From the NCBI GenBank assembly GCA_029101185.1, contig JAQXQN010000054.1, positions 1 to 61,772 of the forward strand: DNA of 61,772 nt, written 5' to 3'. The position numbers were made by a program, and so were the translations under genes. Positions 27,718 to 37,709 of this stretch are shown piece after piece (the stretch's first letter is position 1; every line of letters starts with the position of its first letter). The DNA comes from Eggerthellales bacterium (lineage in GTDB: Bacteria; Actinomycetota; Coriobacteriia; Coriobacteriales; Eggerthellaceae). The notes beneath the pieces are model-generated. The model made no database searches, had not been told where the DNA came from, and was given only the letters and a program-made list of their open reading frames with translations.

Positions 27718-28374
27718 CTAAACCCGCTGACCGATTTTGCGCTCTGTGCCACTGCGGAGCCGTGCGATGTTCTCGCGATGGGCCCAGATGATCACCGCTA
27801 CGGTTGCAAAGATGCAGGCAATGGCAATTGGGTTACCCCAATACACAACGGGAGTCATGATAGCAGCGGCAACCGCGCAGCACACCGATCCCAAAGACAC
27901 ATACTTGCTGAAGAAGACCACGGTGGCAAAGATGATCACCAGCACCACAAGAGGCACAATCCCAAAGGCCACGCCCAGGCAACCCGCGGAGCAGGCAATG
28001 CCTTTTCCACCCTTAAAATGGAGCCAGGGCGAGAACACGTGCCCTAAACAACAGCAGAGCACACATGCGGCTAAACAGATCTGCTGCCAGATGACAGGGT
28101 CGAAGGGAACTGCCCATCCTTGGTTTGCGGCACACCAGGCGCACAGCATACCCACAAGCCCCGAAAGGATACCCTTGGCGAAATCTAGTACGAAAACCAT
28201 GTAGCCGCCCACTTTACCCAAGGCGCGAATGGCATTAGTGGTGCCCACGTTTCCAGAACCCACGGACCGCAGATCCCTATGATAGATGCCCTGGGAAATG
28301 ATCAGGCCCCAGGGGACCGAACCCAGAAGGAAGGCGGCCACGAGACCAGCCGCAAGGAGGAGTACAGCCTGCAT
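27718..28374 (-). CDS. plsY: Glycerol-3-phosphate acyltransferase PlsY
   Basis: GSGNVGTTNAIR, DFAKG, GH...FKGGKGIA, HRENIARL. Confidence 0.96.
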   Translation of the reverse strand: MQAVLLLAAGLVAAFLLGSVPWGLIISQGIYHRDLRSVGSGNVGTTNAIRALGKVGGYMVFVLDFAKGILSGLVGMLCAWCAANQGWAVPFDPVIWQQICLAACVLCCCLGHVFSPWLHFKGGKGIACSAGCLGVAFGIVPLVVLVIIFATVVFFSKYVSLGSVCCAVAAAIMTPVVYWGNPIAIACIFATVAVIIWAHRENIARLRSGTERKIGQRV

Positions 28375-28379
28375 GAGGA

Positions 28380-29699
28380 TTAATCCTTCTTCTTGAACTT
28401 CAGATTAATGGGCGTGCCCGTGAAATCAAAGGCGGAACGCATCCTGTTTTCCAGGTACCGCTCGAAATTGGAATTCACCAGGTCAGGATGGTTGCAGAAG
28501 AAGGTGAACTCAGGAGGGCAAATGCGGGTCTGGGTGACGTACTTGAGCCTGAGCATCCGCTTGCCCGACGATACAGTGTGACCAAATTCGCGAATTTCCT
28601 GGAGCCAGGAATTAAGACGAGAAGTGGTCAAGGTAGAGGAGAAATTGGCGTAAGCAGCGTCAATGGCATCCCAGATACGAGAGACTCCCTTACCGGACAG
28701 GGCGGAAATGGAAATAACCGGGGCATAGCCCACAAAGCCCATACGCTCTTTAATGTCCTCCCGCAGCTCGTTGAGGTCATCTCCGCAATCAACGGCATCG
28801 CGCTTGTTCAGCAGAATGATCATGGCGCAACCTCGCTCTGCGGCGTAACCCGCCACGCGCTGGTCCTGGTCGGTCAGACCAAGGGTGGCATCAAGAACCA
28901 GCAGCGCCACGTCGGCCCTATCAATGGCGCGCATGGCCCGGACAAAGCCGTAGTATTCAACGTCCTCGTTAATCTGGCTCTTCCTGCGAAGACCCGCGGT
29001 ATCAACGATTACATAACGGGTATCATCCCGGATGATGGGGGTGTCAATGGCGTCTCTAGTGGTTCCGGCAACGTCAGAAACGATGGAGCGGTCCTGACCG
29101 ATAAGGCGGTTGGTCAAGGAGGATTTACCCGCATTAGGCCTGCCGATGATGGCCACGTTGATGGTGGGCATGCTCTCGGTGGGATCCTCTTCTACAGGAA
29201 TATCCTTAATGTAAGAGACAATCTCATCAAGGATGTCCCCGGTGCCGTTGCCATGGGTGGAAGAGATGGGCCAGGGATCGCCAATGCCAAGGCTGAAGAA
29301 CTCCCAGGTGGGAGCCTCATCCCCTGGAGTGTCAACCTTGTTAACCGCAAGCACCACCGGCTTAGTGGTCCGCTTGAGAATCTGGGCTACCACCATATCA
29401 TCGGGAACCATGCCGGTCTTTCCGTCCACAATAAAGACGATGCAGTCCGCTTCTTCGGCGGCCATAAGGGCTTGGTCTCTAATGGAACTCTGGAAGCGGT
29501 CATCATCACCGGACTCAATGCCACCAGTGTCAACAAGCATGAACTCCACTCCGCACCATTCGGCCTTATGGTAGGAGCGGTCGCGGGTGACGCCACGCAT
29601 CTCATGGACGATGGCATCGTTTTTCTGGGCGATACGGTTTACAAAGGTAGACTTGCCCACATTGGGGCGTCCTACAACGGCAACAATAGGAAGAGCCAT
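28380..29699 (-). CDS. der: Ribosome biogenesis GTPase Der
   Basis: Two G domains (GRPNVGKS, GRPNAGKSS) and a KH-like tail (YERYLEN-type, FTGTPI). Confidence 0.97.
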   Translation of the reverse strand: MALPIVAVVGRPNVGKSTFVNRIAQKNDAIVHEMRGVTRDRSYHKAEWCGVEFMLVDTGGIESGDDDRFQSSIRDQALMAAEEADCIVFIVDGKTGMVPDDMVVAQILKRTTKPVVLAVNKVDTPGDEAPTWEFFSLGIGDPWPISSTHGNGTGDILDEIVSYIKDIPVEEDPTESMPTINVAIIGRPNAGKSSLTNRLIGQDRSIVSDVAGTTRDAIDTPIIRDDTRYVIVDTAGLRRKSQINEDVEYYGFVRAMRAIDRADVALLVLDATLGLTDQDQRVAGYAAERGCAMIILLNKRDAVDCGDDLNELREDIKERMGFVGYAPVISISALSGKGVSRIWDAIDAAYANFSSTLTTSRLNSWLQEIREFGHTVSSGKRMLRLKYVTQTRICPPEFTFFCNHPDLVNSNFERYLENRMRSAFDFTGTPINLKFKKKD

Positions 29700-29755
29700 A
29701 GGTGATCCTCAATTCTTCTCGGGGGTCGGGCTGGCGTGAAAAGTAAGGTACGACG

Positions 29756-31129
29756 CTAGGACAACAGGGACAGCAGTTCCTGGAGCAGCGCGTCAATCTG
29801 ACAGGGTACCACGGACACAGGCAGGCCACCTGCATCTCGAATATCCTCCACAGTCATATCGTCAAGGGTGACGCCGTCTTCATTAAGGACCACGTCGGGG
29901 ATGACGATGTAATCCTCACTGCTGATGGCACCTGCGGCATACCCCTCCTGCATGGCGGCGGCAATATCGCAACCGCACAGCAGACCTGTCACATTCACAT
30001 TGCCACCGAAGTAGCGGTTCTCAACAATCAAAGGGTGCACCCAAGGGGAAAGGGGGCTTGATGAAATAAGCTGCGCAAGCACGTATGTCTGGCATTGTCC
30101 CATCACCCAGTGAAGATGCAGCCCCTCCTCCTGAAGAACTTGGGCAAGGGCCTGCTGGCCCTGAAGGCTATTCTGCCACTCATCCACCTGGGAGCGTACG
30201 ATGCCAATTCCGTCCTCAAACATGCTAAAGTCCCCGTAGTGGCTTGCGGGAGGCAGAGCATCAATAACCTGGGGACCAAACGCGTTAAGGTAGAACTCAT
30301 CGGCCAGATATACCCAGGGATATCCCCGCTCGGCTAGGGCGTGACGCTGAAAAGGCTCCACGTCCTCAATCACCGCTGCAGCGGCGTCCGCTTCGTCAAA
30401 GCTTGCCGAAAACCTTTCTTGGTATTGGGTGAACCCGAGAGGCACGATGCCCACGTGGGTGATGCCATCCTGAAGATACGCCCAGGCTAGGGTCTGTTTG
30501 AGCACTTCGCCGTCATTAACGCCTGGCATAAGCACCACCTGACAATCCACCTGGATGCCTCCCTGCAACAGCCGGTTGAGCATCTCAAGGCCCCAGGCTG
30601 CGTGTTTTCCCATGATCTGCTGTCGGATTTGGGGATCCGTCGCGTGGAGGGAGACCCGCAGAGGAGAGACACCTCGGGAGATGATGGTATTGCAGTCCTC
30701 CTCGGAAAGGTTGGTTAAGGTGACGAAATTGCCCTGGAGGAAGCTGAGGCGCCAATCGTCGTCCCGCAGAATCAGAGTTTCTCGGCAATCTTGGGGAAGC
30801 TGGCGCATGAAGCAGAATATGCAGGCGTTTCTGCAGGTCTTGATTGCATCAAAGATGGCACCCTCAAAGGTTATGCCCCAGGACTCCCCTTCCTCCCGAA
30901 ACAGCTCCACCTCTCCGCAATCCCCCTGCGTATCCATGTACGCTACCAGCATCTCGTCCCCATCGGAGTACCACTGCCAGTCAAGGATGTCGCAGATGGG
31001 GTTGCCGTCTACGGCAAGGATGGAGCAGCCTGGGGTAAACCCGGCATCATCAGCGGGGCTCAAGGGGTCCACGTGGGATATGATGCCTCCTGGAATGCAG
31101 GGCTTGCCAGGATAGTGGGGTGTTGTCAC
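29756..31129 (-). CDS. PDZ plus radical-SAM-like DUF512 protein
   Basis: N-terminal PDZ-like (SPADDAG), CRNACIFC, DDDWRLSFLQGNFVTLTN, VNVTGLLCG; typical position upstream of der. Confidence 0.88.
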   Translation of the reverse strand: MTTPHYPGKPCIPGGIISHVDPLSPADDAGFTPGCSILAVDGNPICDILDWQWYSDGDEMLVAYMDTQGDCGEVELFREEGESWGITFEGAIFDAIKTCRNACIFCFMRQLPQDCRETLILRDDDWRLSFLQGNFVTLTNLSEEDCNTIISRGVSPLRVSLHATDPQIRQQIMGKHAAWGLEMLNRLLQGGIQVDCQVVLMPGVNDGEVLKQTLAWAYLQDGITHVGIVPLGFTQYQERFSASFDEADAAAAVIEDVEPFQRHALAERGYPWVYLADEFYLNAFGPQVIDALPPASHYGDFSMFEDGIGIVRSQVDEWQNSLQGQQALAQVLQEEGLHLHWVMGQCQTYVLAQLISSSPLSPWVHPLIVENRYFGGNVNVTGLLCGCDIAAAMQEGYAAGAISSEDYIVIPDVVLNEDGVTLDDMTVEDIRDAGGLPVSVVPCQIDALLQELLSLLS

Positions 31130-31152
31130 AGGTGCTCCTTACCAATGATGAG

Positions 31153-31178
31153 AAAAGCGGCCCGGTAAACCAGGCCGC
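31153..31178 (-). terminator. Intrinsic terminator after the M23 peptidase
   Basis: Minus strand GCGGCCTGG-TTTA-CCGGGCCGC-TTTT. Confidence 0.75.
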
Positions 31179-31200
31179 GATGAACTGATGAACGCCGATA

Positions 31201-32394
31201 CTACCAGCCGAAATACGCCGTGGGGTCAACCGCTGTACCGCTGATGCCGTCAGGGGAATTGACGTTAATCTGGAAATGCAGGTGTGGACCGGTGGAATAC
31301 CCGGAGTTTCCTGAGACCATAATGGGCTGTCCTGCCGAAACGGACTGTCCTGCGCTTACCAGCAGCTGGGAGCCGTGTAGGTACCAGCTGACGATGCCAC
31401 CGCCGTGGTTGATAATAACCGACATGCCGCCGGTTGAAAACCAGCCAGAATGGGACACCGTGCCGTCGGCCATGGCATACACGGTTTGATAATTACAGCT
31501 TAAATCAACCCCAAGATGGAAATCCCCCAAAGACCTCCAGCCGAAACCCGAAGTGATGTACGTTCCGGGAGCAGGGTTGCACCATCCGGATACCGAAGGT
31601 GCCGAGCTTGCGCCCGAAGAGGAGGAACCCTGGTTCTGACTCTGAGCAAGGGCTTGCTCCGCAGCGATGCGGGCCTCTTCCTCCTTTTTGCGAGCCTCCT
31701 CAGCGTCCATGCGCACCTGCTCAATCTCAGCCTGAGTGGCGGCAATGTCTTCAGACATGGCGTCGTACTCAGCCTGAAGGGCAGCTTGGGCAGCCTCAAG
31801 CTCTTCCTTTGCAGCCTCTGCAGCGGCCATTTCCTCAGCGGCAATCTGCTCTTGACGCTGGTATTCCGCATAGGCGTCCTGGGCCTCCTGACGGGCGGCC
31901 TTGGTCTCGGCGATAAGGGCCTCATCCTGCTGCTCTATACGCTCCATGGCGTCCCAGTTCTTCAGGAACTCATCAAAGGAGTTGGATCCGAAGAGCACAT
32001 CAATGAAGTTAACCTGACCAGTCTTATAAATGCTTGCAGCACGGGAGGAAAGCTGGGATTGAAGCTGGGTAATGCGCTCGTTAGCAGCATCAATACGCCC
32101 TTGGGCCTCCTCCATGGAGGCAACTGCGGCGTCATGGGCGGCGATGGCCTGGTTATATCGGTCAAAAGCCGCGTTTACCTCTTCCTGAAGACTGGAGAGG
32201 CGTGCGGCCATCTCATCAGCCTGGGCCTGCATGGAAGAGAGTTGGCCTTCCATTTCATCGGCCTTCGCGTCTAGTTCATCCGATTCTGCTGCATAGGCAA
32301 GCCAGGGAAACATCATGGAGGCGCCGGTTACACCGAGCACCTTCAGAAAATTACGCCTCGTCCAACCACGCAACTGAGAGCTTTGTTCATTCAT
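31201..32394 (-). CDS. Coiled-coil (PcsB/EnvC-like) M23 peptidoglycan endopeptidase with Tat-type signal
   Basis: TRRNFLK...AYA signal, long coiled coil, Ser linker, HLGVD (HxxxD) and STGPHLHF (HxH). Confidence 0.9.
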   Translation of the reverse strand: MNEQSSQLRGWTRRNFLKVLGVTGASMMFPWLAYAAESDELDAKADEMEGQLSSMQAQADEMAARLSSLQEEVNAAFDRYNQAIAAHDAAVASMEEAQGRIDAANERITQLQSQLSSRAASIYKTGQVNFIDVLFGSNSFDEFLKNWDAMERIEQQDEALIAETKAARQEAQDAYAEYQRQEQIAAEEMAAAEAAKEELEAAQAALQAEYDAMSEDIAATQAEIEQVRMDAEEARKKEEEARIAAEQALAQSQNQGSSSSGASSAPSVSGWCNPAPGTYITSGFGWRSLGDFHLGVDLSCNYQTVYAMADGTVSHSGWFSTGGMSVIINHGGGIVSWYLHGSQLLVSAGQSVSAGQPIMVSGNSGYSTGPHLHFQINVNSPDGISGTAVDPTAYFGW

Positions 32395-32483
32395 AGTCCG
32401 GTTGCTCCTGCGTATAGGTCTTGGTTTCTGATGGGCACTATTGTAACAGAGGAGGCGGGTAAAGACCCGCCTGCAAATTGATG

Positions 32484-33314
32484 CTACAGACTTTCCAGAA
32501 AGCAAACCACCGCCGAAATCTGATCATCCGGGGTTGAAGCCCCTGCGCTCACGCCAATGACCTGGCAATCTTCAAACCATTGAGGTTGCAGTTCCTGGCA
32601 GGTTTCCACGAAATAAGCCTTAGGGCAGTGTTGCTTGCAAATGTTGAACAGCTGAGTGGTATTAGAGGAGTTCCTGCCCCCCACCACTACCATGGCGTCA
32701 ACGGTGCCTGCGAGCTCTGAGGCAGCATCCTGCCGTTGGCGGGTAGCGCGGCAAACGGTGTTTCTGGCTTCAAAATGTATACCCCGACGGGTAAGCTCAT
32801 CCACAACCGCATCAAAGCGCTCTTTGGTCTGGGTGGTCTGGATGACTACCCCTACAGGCCCGTCAAGATGCTCGGGAATCTGCGAGGCAGAAGCCACCAC
32901 CAACGCCTTATCCCCCGCATATCCGCAGATGCCCACCACCTCAGGGTGCACCGCCTTGCCCACCACAAGAACCGTACGACAGGCCTGAGCAAGCTGGGAG
33001 GCGGACCTTTGCACCTTGGCCACATAGGGGCAGGTAGCATCTACCAAGGTAAGGCCCCGATCATGAATATCCTGAATGACCTGGGGGGATACACCATGAG
33101 ATCGGATGATGACCACGCCTTTGGACACTTCGTCAAGAGAATCAATGACCGTGATGCCTTGAGAATGAAGGTCAGAAACGGCTTCAGGGTTGTGGATCAG
33201 GGGGCCATAGGAGTAGACTTCGCCGTTTTCCTGGGCCGCCTGCAACGCCATATCGATGGCACGCTTAACGCCGTAGCAGAAGCCCGAATGCTTGGCCACA
33301 CGCACCTGAGGCAT
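32484..33314 (-). CDS. ispH: 4-hydroxy-3-methylbut-2-enyl diphosphate reductase
   Basis: GFCYGVKRA, DATCP, HPEV, TVCRAT, SSNT, AGASTP. Confidence 0.96.
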   Translation of the reverse strand: MPQVRVAKHSGFCYGVKRAIDMALQAAQENGEVYSYGPLIHNPEAVSDLHSQGITVIDSLDEVSKGVVIIRSHGVSPQVIQDIHDRGLTLVDATCPYVAKVQRSASQLAQACRTVLVVGKAVHPEVVGICGYAGDKALVVASASQIPEHLDGPVGVVIQTTQTKERFDAVVDELTRRGIHFEARNTVCRATRQRQDAASELAGTVDAMVVVGGRNSSNTTQLFNICKQHCPKAYFVETCQELQPQWFEDCQVIGVSAGASTPDDQISAVVCFLESL

Positions 33315-33316
33315 GG

Positions 33317-34138
33317 CTAGCCCTCCTGGGAAAGTCGGGCGTTGCGCTCGGCGGTGAACTGGACAAGTGCCTCGGTGAAGTCTTGATCCTGGGGGAACAG
33401 TGCGGCCATGTCCACCTGGGTATTGGGCACGTCATCCCGCAGGGCGTAGCACTCCCGCATGACAAACCAGCTGGCGGCTTCAAGGCGGCAATCCTTGGGC
33501 ATGAAGTCAAACTCATCAATGGTCACGGGGGCGCCGTAGACAACGGTGACCTTGGGGAAGTGTATGAATTTGCTGCCCGAGGGTTTGATTTTCTCCACGT
33601 TGCGGATGGTGGAAGGCACGAGGGGCGCCTTACCCATGCGGGCAATGAAGGCTGCCCCCGCATGGATGCGCATATCGGCGGTGCCCCTGCCCCGTCGGGT
33701 ACCCTCGGGGAAAATCCCTACGATCTCCTGGCGTTTGAGCATGGCTGCTCCCCGCTTAATGGCTGATCGGTCCGCGGAATCCCGCTTGACGGGAAAAGCG
33801 CCCACATGGGAAGCCATCCACCCGGTGAAGCCCTTGGCTTTGTAGAACAGGTTCTCACGCGCCATGAACCTGATCATTTTCTCAGGCATCAGCGTGATCC
33901 ACAGAAACGCCGGGTCAAGGGCGCAGGCGTGATTGCACACCACCACCGCGCCACGGGTACCAAAATACTGGCTGACGTGCTCCTTACCCTCACAGGAAAA
34001 CCTGAAGGCAATACGAAACGCGGTTCCAATCACCGCATTAAACAGCCGACGAAGGAAATAGGGAATGTGGGGGGCCGTAGGGTTATGGGGATCTCGTGCT
34101 TCAGGCAGGTCCCAGAAACCTTCAAACTTATATGCCAT
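33317..34138 (-). CDS. plsC: 1-acyl-sn-glycerol-3-phosphate acyltransferase
   Basis: NHACALD (HX4D), FPEGTR. Confidence 0.9.
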   Translation of the reverse strand: MAYKFEGFWDLPEARDPHNPTAPHIPYFLRRLFNAVIGTAFRIAFRFSCEGKEHVSQYFGTRGAVVVCNHACALDPAFLWITLMPEKMIRFMARENLFYKAKGFTGWMASHVGAFPVKRDSADRSAIKRGAAMLKRQEIVGIFPEGTRRGRGTADMRIHAGAAFIARMGKAPLVPSTIRNVEKIKPSGSKFIHFPKVTVVYGAPVTIDEFDFMPKDCRLEAASWFVMRECYALRDDVPNTQVDMAALFPQDQDFTEALVQFTAERNARLSQEG

Positions 34139-34146
34139 TGCCGCTC

Positions 34147-34818
34147 CTAACCCTTTGACCTGGCCAGATCGCAGATGGTAGATACCACCTCTTCGGTGGT
34201 CATATGGGAAGAATCAAGCATGAACGCATCCTCAGCAGGCCGCAGCGGTGCCGCGTCCCGCTTGCTATCGGCCTCATCCCGCTTGATGATGTCAGCAAGC
34301 ACTTCCTCAAAATCCACCGACCCAATCCCCCGTGCACGATTCTGCTCTACCCTACGGCGGGCCCGCTCCTGATTGGATGCGGTTAGAAACACCTTGACCT
34401 GGGCGTCGGGAAACACCACGGTACCGATATCCCTGCCCTCGATAACATAGTCCCCTGCCTGGGCGATACGCCGCTGCTGATCAAGCAGGGCACTTCTGAC
34501 CTGGGGGTGGCACGACACTTTGGACACGGATTTGTCAATTCGAGCGGTACGAATTTCTCCAGTCACATCCACGCCAGAAATGAACACCTGCTTGGGAGAG
34601 GGGTCGTGGGCCTCATGGACAAAGGAGATGGGGCTTGATGCCGCTAATTGCCCCAGACGCTCTCCGTCCTCAAGGGAAATCCCCTGCTCAAGGGCCAGCC
34701 AAGCCACACTGCGAAACATAGCGCCCGTGTCAAGGCAGCAAAAACCAAGCTCTGTAGCCACCAACTTTGAAACGGTAGACTTGCCTGCGCCTGAGGGGCC
34801 GTCAATGGCAATAATCAT
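34147..34818 (-). CDS. cmk: Cytidylate kinase
   Basis: IDGPSGAGKST, LDTGAMFR, EGRDIGTVVFPDA. Confidence 0.97.
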   Translation of the reverse strand: MIIAIDGPSGAGKSTVSKLVATELGFCCLDTGAMFRSVAWLALEQGISLEDGERLGQLAASSPISFVHEAHDPSPKQVFISGVDVTGEIRTARIDKSVSKVSCHPQVRSALLDQQRRIAQAGDYVIEGRDIGTVVFPDAQVKVFLTASNQERARRRVEQNRARGIGSVDFEEVLADIIKRDEADSKRDAAPLRPAEDAFMLDSSHMTTEEVVSTICDLARSKG

Positions 34819-34856
34819 ATCGAAGCGTCCTTTCTCACAGGATGAAGCTGCAGATA

Positions 34857-36191
34857 CTACACCGCAGCCTGCAGGGTGGCAACATCATGCATAAAACCCG
34901 GATAGGAAATGGCAACGGAGTCGAAATCCCCCACCACCACCTCAACGCTGGCGCACATTCCGGCTAAAGCCCAGGTCATGGCAAGCCGATGATCCGCCCC
35001 GGATTCAAATCTCGTGCCAGGAGCAACCTGCAGGCTTTTGCGTCCTTGGATGTGCAACGCATTGCCAATGCAGGTGGCCTCAACTCCCATCAAAGCCAAT
35101 CCATCAATAATGGCCTGTGCCCTGTCCGTCTCCTTCACCCGAAGCTCGGAAACATCTTCAAAGACCGTCGCGCCACTGCACACAGAAGCAACCAGGGCAA
35201 GAATAGGGATCTCGTCAACCAGGGAAGCAATTTCAGACTCAGCCACGGTGGTGCCAGTTAGCTGCGGACTGTACTGTACAACAATGTCTCCATAGGGTTC
35301 TGCCCCGAGGGCCCCCGAGGGCTCAACACGAATCTGAGCGCCCATGCGCGCAAGCACGTTGATAAAGCCAATTCGAGCAGGATTGAGAGACACCTGGGTG
35401 AGACGAAGTGAACTTCCCGGCGTTATGGCCGCAGCGCAGCACATAAAAGCGGCCGAAGAAGGATCTGCAGGTACGCTCACGTCGCAGGCATGCATGCTCT
35501 GTCCCCCGTGCACCTGCGCCCAGCCAGGTCCATGCTCTACCTGAACCCCAAAGCTCGGAAGCATCAATTCCGTATGGTTGCGGCTGCAAGAAGGTTCAGT
35601 AACCCGGGTGGTGCCTGAGGCAAATACGCCCGCAAGCAAAACGGCTGACTTTAACTGAGCCGAAGCAACAGGCATCTGATACTCAATGGCATGGAGGTTT
35701 CCGCCCTGCTCACACAAGGGCAGCGTGCTGCGGCCTTCAGGTGAAAAGGCCGCTCCCATGGACTGAAGGGGTGTGAAGATACGAGCCATGGGTCTGCGTG
35801 AGAGACTTTCGTCACCGGTAAGCTGTGCTTGGATTGACCAGGGTGCCAACACCCCCATAAGCAGGCGCACCGTAGTGCCTGAATTCCCGCAATACAAAGG
35901 AGCATCTGGCTGGCGCGGCCCCTCATTCCCCCAGCCGGTGACGGTGCCCGCCAGACTCCCGTCAGGTTGCACGTCCAGTTGAACCTGAGCCCCAAGGGCC
36001 TGCACCACCGACATGGAGGAGCGCACGTCCTGGGAGTCAAGAACTCCATCCAGATGGGAAGTACCCTCAGCCATGGCGGAAAACAGCACGCTTCTGTGGG
36101 AAATGGACTTATCCCCTGGTACTTTAAGAGTGCCTGTTAAGGGGGCGGATAAGGGCTTAATGGGGGTATATATGGTCTGATGAGTGGTCAC
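34857..36191 (-). CDS. aroA: EPSP synthase
   Basis: VPGDKSISHR, GNSGTT, ASAQLKS, ELRVKETDR, DHRLAM. Confidence 0.97.
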   Translation of the reverse strand: MTTHQTIYTPIKPLSAPLTGTLKVPGDKSISHRSVLFSAMAEGTSHLDGVLDSQDVRSSMSVVQALGAQVQLDVQPDGSLAGTVTGWGNEGPRQPDAPLYCGNSGTTVRLLMGVLAPWSIQAQLTGDESLSRRPMARIFTPLQSMGAAFSPEGRSTLPLCEQGGNLHAIEYQMPVASAQLKSAVLLAGVFASGTTRVTEPSCSRNHTELMLPSFGVQVEHGPGWAQVHGGQSMHACDVSVPADPSSAAFMCCAAAITPGSSLRLTQVSLNPARIGFINVLARMGAQIRVEPSGALGAEPYGDIVVQYSPQLTGTTVAESEIASLVDEIPILALVASVCSGATVFEDVSELRVKETDRAQAIIDGLALMGVEATCIGNALHIQGRKSLQVAPGTRFESGADHRLAMTWALAGMCASVEVVVGDFDSVAISYPGFMHDVATLQAAV

Positions 36192-36192
36192 G

Positions 36193-36984
36193 CTACATCC
36201 TATCTTCTTTTTCTGCTGCGGCTAGATGGGCCTTTGCGGCATTAGTAATCTGGGCCTCTTCCGAAGGGGTTAAAAGACGCCAGCACCCTTCCTTAAGCCC
36301 GTGCAGGGTCAATGGACCAAACTGGATTCGCTCCAACTCCACCACGGGATGCCCGACAAAACTCATCATGCGTCTCACCTGGCGTTTTCTTCCCTCATGG
36401 ATGGTAATCCGCAGTTTGGTGGCACAATGAGAGCGCTCAAGGATCTCCACCTGGGCTGGCAGGGTCATGCCGTCATCGAGCAGCACCCCTTCCCGCAAGC
36501 GCTTAACCTCCTGGGCGTTGAGAAATCCGTCCACCCGTGCGATATAGGTTTTGTCCACATGGTGCCTAGGGTGCAACAGACCGTTTCCCAATTCTCCGTC
36601 GGTTGAGAAGAGCAGCAGACCCGTGGTATCCAGGTCAAGCCGCCCGATGTGAAACAGACCGGGGAACTGGTCAACTGGAACAAGGTCTGCCACGGTTGGT
36701 CTTCCCTGAGGGTCGCTCATGTTGGTAATGTAGCCACTGGGCTTGTTGAGCATGATGGTCACCGCTCGCTCGGCGATAGAGCAGAGCACGCCGTCAACAC
36801 GGACCTGGTCCGTGCGGGGGTTCACCTTGCTACCAAGTTCTGTGACAACCAATCCGTTAACCGTCACCCTGCCTGAGGTCATAAGGGTCTCTGACCCTCG
36901 CCTGCTTGCCACCCCTGCCCGGGCTAGGTATTTCTGGAGCCTCATGAGGTCGGCAGGCTCCTGCACCTCACCGTGCTCCATCAT
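36193..36984 (-). CDS. rluB: rRNA pseudouridine synthase (RsuA/RluB family)
   Basis: S4 domain RLQKYLARAGVASRR, GRLDLDTTGLLL, HEGRKRQVRRM. Confidence 0.92.
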   Translation of the reverse strand: MMEHGEVQEPADLMRLQKYLARAGVASRRGSETLMTSGRVTVNGLVVTELGSKVNPRTDQVRVDGVLCSIAERAVTIMLNKPSGYITNMSDPQGRPTVADLVPVDQFPGLFHIGRLDLDTTGLLLFSTDGELGNGLLHPRHHVDKTYIARVDGFLNAQEVKRLREGVLLDDGMTLPAQVEILERSHCATKLRITIHEGRKRQVRRMMSFVGHPVVELERIQFGPLTLHGLKEGCWRLLTPSEEAQITNAAKAHLAAAEKEDRM

Positions 36985-37709
36985 TGCTGCTCCTGAGAAA
37001 CCTGCCATACGGATTCAGGCGCTCCGCTCACCGAAGCCGCATAGAACGCGTCAAATCCTTCCTGAGACGCCACGTCAAAGGAAAGGGATTCATCCTCAAG
37101 GGAAAGCTGCCCTGAATCAGGAAGGGCATCCTGATCAACAACCGCACGGGTCACGCCAAGCCGGGCAGCGATGAGTTCTCTGGTTTGCTGGTCAGGGGCG
37201 TATTCCATGATATCAGGCAACTGGGCAGTGCTTGCTAGCCCAAACTTCTCAAGAAACAGCCTGGTGGTGGCATACAGAATGGGTTGTCCAGGTGAGTTTT
37301 CCCTACCGGCTTCCTTGATCAGTCCCTTCTCCACAAGTGAGGAAATTGGGCTATCGGAGTTTACGCCTCGGATTGACACGATGCCGTTGCGGGTGATGGG
37401 CTGGTTGTAAGCAACCACCGCCAAGGTCTCAAGGGCCGCCTGAGACAATTTGCGGGTGTCCATGGAACGCACGTACCCCTCAATGAGGGCATGGTGTTTG
37501 GGATGGGTGAACATGCGCCAGCCCCCTGCCACCTCCCGCAGCTGGATGCCACTATCTCGGTTGGCGTAGGACTCCGCAAGCCCATGGAGAGCGTCAATCA
37601 CGTCAGATACGTCCACTCCCACCATATCCGCAATGGCAAGGGGGTTTTGGGGCTCTGCGCTTACAAACAGCAACGCCTCAATCTGTCCGGACAGATCCGT
37701 GCCAATCAT
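36981..37709 (-). CDS. scpB: SMC-Scp complex subunit ScpB
   Basis: IEALLF, LSQAALETLAVVAYNQPITR, IRGVNS, YATTRLFLEKFGL. Confidence 0.95.
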   Translation of the reverse strand: MIGTDLSGQIEALLFVSAEPQNPLAIADMVGVDVSDVIDALHGLAESYANRDSGIQLREVAGGWRMFTHPKHHALIEGYVRSMDTRKLSQAALETLAVVAYNQPITRNGIVSIRGVNSDSPISSLVEKGLIKEAGRENSPGQPILYATTRLFLEKFGLASTAQLPDIMEYAPDQQTRELIAARLGVTRAVVDQDALPDSGQLSLEDESLSFDVASQEGFDAFYAASVSGAPESVWQVSQEQQ

